Assembly (NCBI GenBank): GCA_965222375.1 | Contig: CBDCTZ010000014.1 | Coordinates: 416,001-480,000 of the forward strand | Direction of reading: 5' to 3' | From: Polyangiaceae bacterium | GTDB taxonomy: Bacteria > Myxococcota_A > Polyangia > Polyangiales > Polyangiaceae | DNA: 64,000 bases | Shown: positions 55,916 through 64,000 of the stretch, piece after piece | How the letters are laid out: each line of letters starts with the position of its first letter | Numbering within the stretch: position 1 is the stretch's first letter | The notes under the pieces: generated by a model | Told to the model about the DNA's origin: nothing | The model's database searches: none | Seen by the model: only the letters and a program-made list of their open reading frames with translations | Translations under genes and position numbers: made by a program

Positions 55916-57244
55916 ATGCCGCCTCGTCGCCGGCGCCTGCATGCCCTGCTGTACGTGCTGCCCGTGCTTTCCGTGGCCGTGGTTGCTCTCGCGATCTTGG
56001 GTCCTGGCGCGGATCGGCCGTATCGAGTTGCACGTGTCTACGCGGGGCCGACGGATGGAGTGAACTCCCTGCCGTTGCATCTCGTCGTGGTGGACCGCCT
56101 AGGCGAAGTCGAGCGCGGTGTTGCCGAGCGCTCTGTCGAGATCGCCGTCCAGGTGGGCGGTCGAGAGCTGGTGCGCCAGGCCTTCGTCACGGACTCGCGT
56201 GGGCATGCCTGGCCCACTCTCGAGTTCGAAAACCCCGGTGGTGCTTTCGAGCTCAGGGTCCGGGATGGTCCTCGCAGTATCGCTACCGGCATGGTGCAGT
56301 TGACCGCCGGGCAGTGGACTGACAAGGCGCGTAGTCGGGGCGGCTTCGTCAAGGGCAAGCGCAAAGGCGAACTGCGGGTCAGCGTTGCTCCAGAGCGCGG
56401 CGTGCTGGCCGTGCCTTTCGGCGATCATCTCATCGTGGAAGTGCGGGACTCCGACGGAGTGATCTCTGGAGCCAAGGTCCTTGTTCATCAAGAAGGCGAC
56501 AAGCCGAAAGCCGAGGCCACGACGGACGAGAGCGGTCGCGTTCGCGTTCCGATCGAGGTTCCCGAGCACGCGATGAGCGTGAAGGCGCACGCCTCCACCA
56601 GCGACGGACGCGACGGCACGTTTTGGGGCGCCCTGCCGGTGGTTCCCGGCGCTCTGGACGCGCGTTCGAGTGACGCGGGCATTCGCGTTGAATCCCCGAT
56701 CCTCCGAGAAGTGGCTTACGTTGCTCTGCTCACCAACTCCGGCCGCCAAGCCCATGCAGCCATCCCCCTGGAAGCCGACGGTCGCGGTGGTTCGATCGGG
56801 CTCTGGAAGGTGCCGGTCCCCAAGAGCGAGGACAGTTGGTGCATGACCTCGAGCGAATCCGACTTCCAAGCTCCCGCCACCGTGGGCTGGCCTTTGCGCT
56901 CCTCGGCCCGGCTTGGTCAAACCTTTGCCGTTGCCGACGTGCTGGTGCTGGACGGAACACCCGCGGCTTTCTCAGTACAGAAGAAGCGGCGCATGCGTGC
57001 GCGTTGGTTCGCCGGGGCCTTCGTGGTTGGCGCAGCGCTGCTTGCGATTGCGCTCATGGCCCTCGAGAACCAACTCACCACTCGCGACCTGTCGCGCCAC
57101 TTGGCGGCCGCGGGCACTTCCGACGAAGAACTCGCGCGGCTGACCTCCAAGTCCTTGTGGCCCTTCATCGTGCTCACGGCGCTGGCGTGCGTGCTCCTGG
57201 GCTTCACCCTGATCGCGCTTTTGACCCTGGCGCACGGCATGTGA
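55916..57244 (+). CDS. Hypothetical membrane protein with Ig-like domains
   Basis: N-terminal TM, beta-rich middle, two C-terminal TM segments. Confidence 0.7.
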   Translation: MPPRRRRLHALLYVLPVLSVAVVALAILGPGADRPYRVARVYAGPTDGVNSLPLHLVVVDRLGEVERGVAERSVEIAVQVGGRELVRQAFVTDSRGHAWPTLEFENPGGAFELRVRDGPRSIATGMVQLTAGQWTDKARSRGGFVKGKRKGELRVSVAPERGVLAVPFGDHLIVEVRDSDGVISGAKVLVHQEGDKPKAEATTDESGRVRVPIEVPEHAMSVKAHASTSDGRDGTFWGALPVVPGALDARSSDAGIRVESPILREVAYVALLTNSGRQAHAAIPLEADGRGGSIGLWKVPVPKSEDSWCMTSSESDFQAPATVGWPLRSSARLGQTFAVADVLVLDGTPAAFSVQKKRRMRARWFAGAFVVGAALLAIALMALENQLTTRDLSRHLAAAGTSDEELARLTSKSLWPFIVLTALACVLLGFTLIALLTLAHGM

Positions 57245-57273
57245 ATGAAAGTCAGATCTGGTAGGCTCGCGCC

Positions 57274-58305
57274 GTGATGCGCAGCGACAGCATGTTGCAC
57301 CGGTTCTGTCGACCGTGGTCCTCGGGCTGGATCGCCTTAGTGAGCGCGCTCGCCTGTGGTAGCGGCGGGGCGCCCCGTCAGGCCGTGGCGGAACCAGCAC
57401 GCCACGCCGAGAAGGCCTCGGTGATCAGCGCCGTGACCGCGAACCGCGTGAAGCTCGCCTGGGACGCGGCTTCCGGCGGCTATGGACGCGCCATCGCCTT
57501 GAGCCGGAAACACCGCCGCGTCGCCTACGCCAGCCGCAAGCACATCGCTCTGTATGACTTGTTCAAAGGCAAGCTGCTCGGCAAGGCAACACCATGTAAC
57601 GACGTGGTCCACACGGGTCTCGGCTTCGTCGGCGCGAAGCTTTATTTGGTGTGCGACGATCAACTCGTCACCTACGCTGCAGACAAGCTCGTCGCGGTGC
57701 AGTCTCCGGCCGTGGCCGACGCCAAAGTCACCGCAGCCGCTTTTGCAGCTGACCGCGTCGCTCTGGGGCACCGAGACGGCGTGGTGCGCGTCTACGATTT
57801 GCGACAGGGCTCGAGCGTGGAAATCAAGGTTCCGGGTCCGCCCATCGACGTCAAGAGCCTCGCGCTGTCCCAAGACGGCAAGCGCGTCGCCGTTGCGTGG
57901 GTCCAGGGTTCCGTGTGGTGGTGGGAGCTTTCTGCGCCGGACAAGTTCCACAAACTCGTTCGCCACGAGGCCGAGAGCGACGCACTGGCCTTCGACCCTA
58001 GCGGTCAGATCTTGGCAGAAGAAGGTGCGCGCCACACCACGACGCTCTGGGACCTCTCCGACCCGCCCAAAGGCCGCGTCAAGTTGCAGGGCGGTGACTG
58101 GATCAAGCAGATCCTGTTTTCCCCAGACGGCAAGTGGCTCGTCCGAGGCGGCAGCGATGGACTGCACTTGTCTGAGATCAACGGCCCCAGGCGTATCGTG
58201 CTCGAGGCCGGGGGCAAGGTGGAGGACGTCGCCGCGGACGAGACCTTCTCGACCCTGGCCGCCGCGGATCGTGATGGCCGCCTGAGCGTCTGGTCCGTGC
58301 GCTGA
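57274..58305 (+). CDS. WD40-repeat lipoprotein
   Basis: Lipobox ALAC; DGVVRVYD, LALSQDG, LAFDPSG, FSPDGKWL. Confidence 0.82.
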   Translation: MMRSDSMLHRFCRPWSSGWIALVSALACGSGGAPRQAVAEPARHAEKASVISAVTANRVKLAWDAASGGYGRAIALSRKHRRVAYASRKHIALYDLFKGKLLGKATPCNDVVHTGLGFVGAKLYLVCDDQLVTYAADKLVAVQSPAVADAKVTAAAFAADRVALGHRDGVVRVYDLRQGSSVEIKVPGPPIDVKSLALSQDGKRVAVAWVQGSVWWWELSAPDKFHKLVRHEAESDALAFDPSGQILAEEGARHTTTLWDLSDPPKGRVKLQGGDWIKQILFSPDGKWLVRGGSDGLHLSEINGPRRIVLEAGGKVEDVAADETFSTLAAADRDGRLSVWSVR

Positions 58306-58365
58306 GCCGCCGGTACGAATTGGAGTAAGGAAGCTCCTTTTCGGCCGTTGTGCGTACTAGAGACC

Positions 58366-59220
58366 ATGTCGGGCGAAAAGCAGAGCAGGGCACGTAGGCG
58401 TTTTCTCAAGATTGTCGGCGGCTTAGCGGCTGTGGCTGGGTTGGGATTGGTCGTGAGCCAAGCCTCCGCCCACGGCAAGCGGCATCGCCCGAAGCCCTGG
58501 CAGCCCCGTCCGACCGCGCGTTTTTCGGCCCAGCTGGAATCCGCCAACGGTGGGACGCTCCGCACTTTTCGGCATCGCGGTCAGACCTTCGTGATGGGCG
58601 AGCATGGCGACCGCTACGTGATCGTCGTGCGCAACCCGACGGCCCAGCGAGTCGAGGCTGTGGTGACCGTCGATGGCCGCGACGTGATCAACGGTCGGCG
58701 CGGAGACTTCGTGCGCAACCGCGGCTACATCGTGCCCGCTTTTGGCACCACCCGCATCGATGGGTTCCGACAGAGCCTCAACCACGTTGCCGCGTTTCGT
58801 TTCGGCGATCCCGGCAGCAGCTACTCCTCGCAAATGGGCACGCCGCAGAACGTCGGCGTGATCGGCGTCGCGATCTTTCCCGAGCGTCGTCGTCGCCGCA
58901 TCATCGCCAAGGACCGCGCGCGAGCTGCGAAGCCCAAGTCTGCCCCGCGCAGCGCCGAGGCCAGGCGAGGTGGCGCGGACGCCCCCGGTCGCCTGGGCAC
59001 CCAATGGGGTGAAGATCGCACCAGCCGCGTGAGCCGGACCCGCTTCGTCCGCCTCAGCAATTCCCCGCGTCAGATCATCACCCTGCGCTACGACGACGCC
59101 GCCGGCCTGCGAGCGCGAGGCATCGAGATCTTTCCCCACCGCTTTCGCCCGATTCGTCCGGTAGGCTCACCGCAGCCCTTCCCGAACTCGGGCTTCGCAC
59201 CGCCGCCCCCGCGTCGCTGA
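58366..59220 (+). CDS. Hypothetical protein with Tat-like signal
   Basis: RRRFLK followed by a hydrophobic stretch and ASA; VDGRDVING...GYIV...IDGFR...NVGVIGVAIF core. Confidence 0.72.
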   Translation: MSGEKQSRARRRFLKIVGGLAAVAGLGLVVSQASAHGKRHRPKPWQPRPTARFSAQLESANGGTLRTFRHRGQTFVMGEHGDRYVIVVRNPTAQRVEAVVTVDGRDVINGRRGDFVRNRGYIVPAFGTTRIDGFRQSLNHVAAFRFGDPGSSYSSQMGTPQNVGVIGVAIFPERRRRRIIAKDRARAAKPKSAPRSAEARRGGADAPGRLGTQWGEDRTSRVSRTRFVRLSNSPRQIITLRYDDAAGLRARGIEIFPHRFRPIRPVGSPQPFPNSGFAPPPPRR

Positions 59221-59302
59221 AGGCCGCGCTCATCTCGCCCACCGCGTCGTCGATGCGTGTCAGCGCAAATATTGTTTTAGCACTAGGTGGGTTTGGTTTT
59301 TG

Positions 59303-59360
59303 GGGATGCAACAGAGCTGAACTGCAACCCCGAGCCTCCCGAACCGTGCCTCCCGCCCGC
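59303..59360 (+). repeat. Bipartite motif copy B
   Basis: GGGATGCAACAGAGCTG (17/17 identical to 25984-26000), 30-nt spacer, CTCCCGCCCGCGGT. Confidence 0.85.
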
Positions 59361-59447
59361 GGTCCGGGCAGCACGACTCGTCCTGCCCCGGCGCATTTGC
59401 GTTCCGGTAGCGTCACGTAGCGGGCCCGCACGACATCGAGCAGCTGT

Positions 59448-60182
59448 TCACGGTTGCTCCGGCACCACGAGGGTGACGGGTTCGACCAGCGTTCCCGCTC
59501 GCAGCGTCAGCGTGAGCGAACGCCCCGCAACCACGACGTCTTCAGGCAACTCGATGAAGGCGCGGCCACGGGCGTTGGTGGTCCCCTGGGCGCTGCGATG
59601 ATCGGGCAGCTCGAGGCTGACCGCCAGGTTCTGGGCGGGCTTCAAGGGCTCGCGCTCTGTGCGTAGCTGCTTCACCTCCGTCTCGCGCTCTATGCTCGTT
59701 TCGTCGTTGAAGTCGCCGATGTCTACGGCGAAACCAACAAAGGCTCCGATTCCAAATGGTGTGAACACGACTGCGGCGATTTTGGAGGCGTCATCGCCGT
59801 TACCCAGATAGAGCCAGAACATCCCGATGCCGAACTCGGTGAACCACATCACGTAGCTGGGGTGTTCGTGGACATGGGTTTTCACGTCCTGCGCGACCAA
59901 GGTGCCTCGTCTGCATGTGCTGCGCTCGGCGACGACGATGAGCACGCCGTTCTTGACGGCAGTTGCCCGCGCAAACGTCTCCTTGCGGCAGTCGTTGAGG
60001 GGCCGGCGCTCGGTGGAGAGCACCGTACGGGTTTCGGTGCGCAGGGTGGGGGCGCAGGAGACCGTGCTGAGGAGGAAAAGCGCGCCTAGAGCGAGGGCGA
60101 AGCGGGCTGCGAGAGGCGAGGGGTGACGAGAACGAATAGGAGTAGGAGTACGAGTACGAGCAGGAGTACGAGTACGGTTCAT
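59448..60182 (-). CDS. Hypothetical lipoprotein/membrane protein
   Basis: Lipobox-like VSC, two internal hydrophobic segments. Start uncertain because of the microsatellite. Confidence 0.6.
   Translation of the reverse strand: MNRTRTPARTRTPTPIRSRHPSPLAARFALALGALFLLSTVSCAPTLRTETRTVLSTERRPLNDCRKETFARATAVKNGVLIVVAERSTCRRGTLVAQDVKTHVHEHPSYVMWFTEFGIGMFWLYLGNGDDASKIAAVVFTPFGIGAFVGFAVDIGDFNDETSIERETEVKQLRTEREPLKPAQNLAVSLELPDHRSAQGTTNARGRAFIELPEDVVVAGRSLTLTLRAGTLVEPVTLVVPEQP
60128..60175. repeat. Degenerate hexamer microsatellite (GAGTAC/GAGTAG) x8
   Basis: gagaac gaatag gagtag gagtac gagtac gagcag gagtac gagtac. Confidence 0.85.
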
Positions 60183-60202
60183 TGGGGCGAGGTAGGGCCG
60201 CT

Positions 60203-61666
60203 CTAATCGGGGGGGGTGCCGGGGCCGAGGGAGTCGAGGCGGATGCGGGCGATGCTGACGGCGTCGTCCACGAACTGGAACTTGGTGAAGATCTCGTCGC
60301 AGGTGATGCCCATGGGCGCCAAGAACTGGGCGCCCTGGTTGGAAGGCGTCGACTGGATCACCCAGGAGACGCCATCTTTCAGGCGCACCACGAAGAGATC
60401 GACGCCGGTGGGGTTGCCTTCGGGGCCGGAATAGATGGTGCGGGCGGCGTGGCCGCAGCCCACTGCGTAGGGAAATGGGATCGGTTGCCCAGGATCCGAG
60501 CGCAGGCGGCGAGCGGTCTTGGCGACGGTCGCAGGGTCGGTGCTGTAGGGCGCGGTCATGACCGAGCGCTCGGGGTAGACCAACAGGCTGCTGTTGCCCT
60601 TGCCCTTGCCGTAGAACCAGACCATGTTCACGCCATCTGTTCCGAACATGCTCGTGCCTTGATCCTTGTCACCAAAGAAGCGGAGAATCGGCGCTAGACC
60701 GCCACTCTTGGTCCACGCCATGGTCCCTCGGAACCCACCGCTGCCCACTTCGAAAAAGATGTCTTTGCCAATGCCCTGCACATTGCTGGGCGTCAGCGCT
60801 TCGGGGTCCTTGCCGATATCGTAGACTGTGACTTCAGGTCCCCCCTCCCAAGGGCGCGCGAACAGCCCGGCCCGCCAGCGAATGATCCATTCCGACGTCA
60901 TGCGCCAAACAGTCTTGTTCTTCGGATCCATCGGCTGCTTGATCACCGTGGACGGGGCCTCGCCGAACTTGCCGCCCAAGGCGCCCTCGCTGCCCTGGAT
61001 CGGGCCGTAGATGGATTCGCCCAGAGCGCGGAAGAGGTACCGTCCGCCCTGCAGTCCTGCGTCCGTGAGTCCGCAACCCTCGCTTCCGGGTGTGCGCTCC
61101 AGCAGCGCCGTCAGAATGGGACCCTCGGCGTCGGCCACCAGGCGATAGCGAACCCCCACCAGGTCGTCGACGTGCACGCGATCGAACTGGAGGTAGGACT
61201 TGTCTTTGGCGCGGTCGTGCCAGAACGAAGCAGCACCGGTCATGGATAGGTTGAAGGTCTTGGTCCAGGGCGTCTTCATGCGCCGGCAGGACGTGTTCTG
61301 AGGCCCCGGATTCTGAGGGCAAGCTTCCCATTCGACGGGGGCGAGGGGCTTGGCCTTGGGGCCAGGCACGTAGAAGCGGCAGTCGCAGGAATAGTCCGTG
61401 AACTCCTCGAAGCCCTCGGGCACCTCGTTGGGAAAGGGCTTTGGCGGACAGCCGCCGACGGCTCCGGTGCCGGAGCTGCCCCCGCTGCCGCTCGCATTGC
61501 CGGTTCCGCCGCTGCCGCCCCAGATCTGACCGCCGCTGCCGGCAGCCGCCGCCCCGCCGCCGCCTCCACCGCCGCCGGGCTGGGAGCTGGAGTCTTCACC
61601 ACAGCCGCAGCCAAGGACAAGCACGGAAAGTGCGAAGGTGAGATGCCGTGGTGTGCGCGGGATCAC
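60203..61666 (-). CDS. Gly-rich-stalk lipoprotein, hypothetical
   Basis: GTG 61666 overlaps the upstream TGA (GTGA); LGC lipobox, Gly stalk, beta-rich body. Confidence 0.7.
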   Translation of the reverse strand: MIPRTPRHLTFALSVLVLGCGCGEDSSSQPGGGGGGGGAAAAGSGGQIWGGSGGTGNASGSGGSSGTGAVGGCPPKPFPNEVPEGFEEFTDYSCDCRFYVPGPKAKPLAPVEWEACPQNPGPQNTSCRRMKTPWTKTFNLSMTGAASFWHDRAKDKSYLQFDRVHVDDLVGVRYRLVADAEGPILTALLERTPGSEGCGLTDAGLQGGRYLFRALGESIYGPIQGSEGALGGKFGEAPSTVIKQPMDPKNKTVWRMTSEWIIRWRAGLFARPWEGGPEVTVYDIGKDPEALTPSNVQGIGKDIFFEVGSGGFRGTMAWTKSGGLAPILRFFGDKDQGTSMFGTDGVNMVWFYGKGKGNSSLLVYPERSVMTAPYSTDPATVAKTARRLRSDPGQPIPFPYAVGCGHAARTIYSGPEGNPTGVDLFVVRLKDGVSWVIQSTPSNQGAQFLAPMGITCDEIFTKFQFVDDAVSIARIRLDSLGPGTPPD

Positions 61667-64000
61667 AGGCCTCCTGGCAAACACTGCCGAGTCGCCACGG
61701 GTTCGAGGGGTAGCGTGTCCAAGCGCTGCGGGGCCAACAGCTTCTTCTTTCCGGGCGGGCGGCGGATGATCCAATAGCCGGCGTCGTCGACGACGACCGG
61801 TGCTTCGAGGCGGCCCAAGCTTGGCGTGGACCGCTCCGTGGTCAGCTCGCCGCCGACGTTGCGAAAACGCACCAAGCGATACGCGGGCGCTTTGTGACCG
61901 GACAGGCTGAGCAACACCGAGCCGTCTCGGTCCGTGACCAGTTCGTGGTCGGTCCAGTGGGGCAGGCCGCGGCGCTCGAAGAGCAAGGTTGTCTCGCCGG
62001 TCTCGGGGTCGTAGGTCAGCAGTCGTCGCTGGACCAGGAAGTGTGGCCCGGGCTGCTCGTCCAGGATCCAGAGCAAGCCGTCGGCGTGGGAGTAGGTTGC
62101 CGTCAAGACTTTGCCGAGCGAATGACTGCCCCGCGGCAGCGCTTGCCAGCTGTCTTCGCTCAGATGGCGCATCCAGATTCGTTGAATCGCATTGCCGGAG
62201 GCATCGCGACCGCCGAGCAGAAAGACGCGCCCCGTGCTGCGGCTGTACACGCCTACGTAGTCGAAACGCTGCATGCGGGTCGATGGCGTGCTCTGGGCGG
62301 CCGAAGCGACCTGTCCCCCCATGCCCATCAGGTCGCTTTGGGAGAGCAGCTGCCCATCTGCGCTGTAGACCTGCTCGGCAAGGGTGGCGTCGGCACTCAG
62401 GCCCACCGCCAGGGGTCGAATGGCGCTCTGACCCAGGTAGGCCGAGGGCTCTGCCTGGCTCAGCCAGCTCAGCCCGGCGCCGAGGCTGGCCGTGAGGTTC
62501 GACGAGAGGGGTGTCTCGAGCGGGCTCAGAGTGCCGACCGTGGTCAGCACGCCGACTTGCCCATCGGGCTGAACCGTCAGGACTCGAGAAACGAGCGAGG
62601 GAAACTCCGAGAACGCTTCGAGCGTGCAGATGGCGCAGTCGCGCTGGGGCAGGCCCAGGCTCTGGCGGCAGTGGGGGCAGTCTCGGATGATCCAGGGGAA
62701 GATGGCACCCCGCACGCCCACCAGCTGGCGGGACTGGCTCAGCGGGCTGACGTCTTGGTAGTGATTCGCGAGGCCGTCAGCGGCCACGCCGGGCAACCCT
62801 TGGCGGAAGTGCACGCCGGTGCCGAGGCTGGCGTCGCTCGTGCCCACGTCGGTTGCGCCATGAGTCCAGAAGCGACCGCGGGCGATGAAGCTGAGGGGGC
62901 TGGGTGCAGCCAGATTCGGCACCCAGGAAGCGCCCCAACCCGTGCCGCGCCACCAGGCATAGTCCGCGAAGTAGTCCCAGGTGCGCGAGTACGTGTTGTT
63001 CGTGCCGTAGCGGCGATTGAAGTCGGGCGCGCCCACGGCCTTGCCGGCGAGCTGAACGCGGTGCCACAGGGTAAGCTCATTCTCTGTGATGCGGCTTCCA
63101 CCCGGATCAAGCCGGAGGTCATCGACTGCGGCATCGGCGAAGCAACTCGTTCCCGTGACCAATGGCGCCTCGAGACAGTGCCGATAGTGCGTGGCTGAGA
63201 CCGTGACTTCCTGTTCAGTGGCCTGGCTGGCATTGCGGTCGAAGGAGCCGATGGGGTCGAAGTCGAGCCGGTTCAGGGAAGTCGTCACGATGCGATCGAG
63301 CCCAAACTGGTTGCCCGCCTCGGAGAACGACTGGAACACGGGTTTGAATTTGGGGCAGGGCACCGGATCGCAGACGTCCCCGAGCACTTCGGCTTGGCGC
63401 GCCCGTTCCGCGTCGGCGTTGCAGTTCTCTTGGAACGGGTTGGCCACGGTCGGGCAGTTGTCGCCGGGGGCGCCGTTGCATTCGGTGTTGCACACGCCGT
63501 CGCCGTCGATGTCGGCATCTTCCGGATCCGGATCGCAGGCGCATTTGTCGCAAGCATCGCCAATGCCGTCGCCGTCCCCAGTATCGCTCTGGGTTGGGTT
63601 GTACACCCCAGGACAGTTGTCGACGTCTTCGGCGATGCCGTCTGCATCGGGATCAGCGGCGAAGGAGAAGTTGATCCTTGTGCCGGCGGGGGTGACAGAG
63701 GTGTCGCAGAAACTACCGCTGGGCGGAAAGCAGCTGCCAACACAGCACGTTCGCAAGCTCTCACTGAACTTGCAGAATGGGTTAAGCTGGTCGCATTGCA
63801 CGCAAATATCTGGCTGGCTGGCATCCGCTCCGGCATATCGTGTGTATCCACTCGGACACAGTGCTGGTTCGACTTCGGTGACGGGGTATTGGTATTTGGG
63901 TGCCGTGGAGTAGGAACCAAAGGCTTTGGCGAACATGCCATAGGCAAGCGCCGTGAGCGACGCGGGCAGGCCGTGATTGCGGATGAAGTTCCCGCATGCG
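61663..64000 (-). CDS. Large thrombospondin type-3 repeat protein (C-terminal part; starts beyond the window)
   Basis: DPDADGIAEDVDNCP, DGDGIGDACDKC, DNCPTVANP. Frame open to position 64000. Confidence 0.8.
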   Translation of the reverse strand, partial: ACGNFIRNHGLPASLTALAYGMFAKAFGSYSTAPKYQYPVTEVEPALCPSGYTRYAGADASQPDICVQCDQLNPFCKFSESLRTCCVGSCFPPSGSFCDTSVTPAGTRINFSFAADPDADGIAEDVDNCPGVYNPTQSDTGDGDGIGDACDKCACDPDPEDADIDGDGVCNTECNGAPGDNCPTVANPFQENCNADAERARQAEVLGDVCDPVPCPKFKPVFQSFSEAGNQFGLDRIVTTSLNRLDFDPIGSFDRNASQATEQEVTVSATHYRHCLEAPLVTGTSCFADAAVDDLRLDPGGSRITENELTLWHRVQLAGKAVGAPDFNRRYGTNNTYSRTWDYFADYAWWRGTGWGASWVPNLAAPSPLSFIARGRFWTHGATDVGTSDASLGTGVHFRQGLPGVAADGLANHYQDVSPLSQSRQLVGVRGAIFPWIIRDCPHCRQSLGLPQRDCAICTLEAFSEFPSLVSRVLTVQPDGQVGVLTTVGTLSPLETPLSSNLTASLGAGLSWLSQAEPSAYLGQSAIRPLAVGLSADATLAEQVYSADGQLLSQSDLMGMGGQVASAAQSTPSTRMQRFDYVGVYSRSTGRVFLLGGRDASGNAIQRIWMRHLSEDSWQALPRGSHSLGKVLTATYSHADGLLWILDEQPGPHFLVQRRLLTYDPETGETTLLFERRGLPHWTDHELVTDRDGSVLLSLSGHKAPAYRLVRFRNVGGELTTERSTPSLGRLEAPVVVDDAGYWIIRRPPGKKKLLAPQRLDTLPLEPVATRQCLPGGL

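Noticed and set aside
28986..59313. 30-kb transposon with TGTTG...CAACA ends (motif copies C and B)
   Set aside because: The flanks are inverted rather than duplicated, the interior has housekeeping-type genes and no transposase, and the conserved GC boxes fall outside the interval.

Overview
High-GC (roughly two-thirds by eye) chromosomal segment of a myxobacterium, probably Polyangiales-like. This is inferred from many Ser/Thr kinases, FHA-sigma54 activators, MYXO-CTERM tails and a three-gene bactofilin cluster. 1-10.4 kb: signalling cluster (FHA-sigma54 activator, two Ser/Thr kinases, LysM-FecR-FN3 protein, OmpA protein, HAMP adenylate cyclase). 10-26 kb: housekeeping genes (pyrE, bactofilins, trmH, aroF, trxA, purB, rnj). 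25.95-29.0 kb: AT-richer ~3 kb island with no transposase or integrase, bounded by an inverted pair of a bipartite motif (CAACAGAGCTG-N29-CTCCCGCCCGC); a third copy lies at 59.3 kb. The island carries a coupled three-gene cassette ending in a Cys/His papain-like protein, a probably leaderless wHTH-like gene and a frameshifted small gene. 29-43 kb: metabolic and accessory genes plus two gene remnants. 43-53.5 kb: kinase plus FHA-sigma54 activator surrounded by three correctly spaced -24/-12 promoters, each preceded by the same tandem TGTTCG(G/T/A)ACA-like array, i.e. a readable local regulon of exported proteins. 59.4-64 kb: accessory lipoprotein and TSP3-repeat genes. No rRNA, tRNA or CRISPR array was recognised. 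All calls come from reading motifs by eye; no database search was run.
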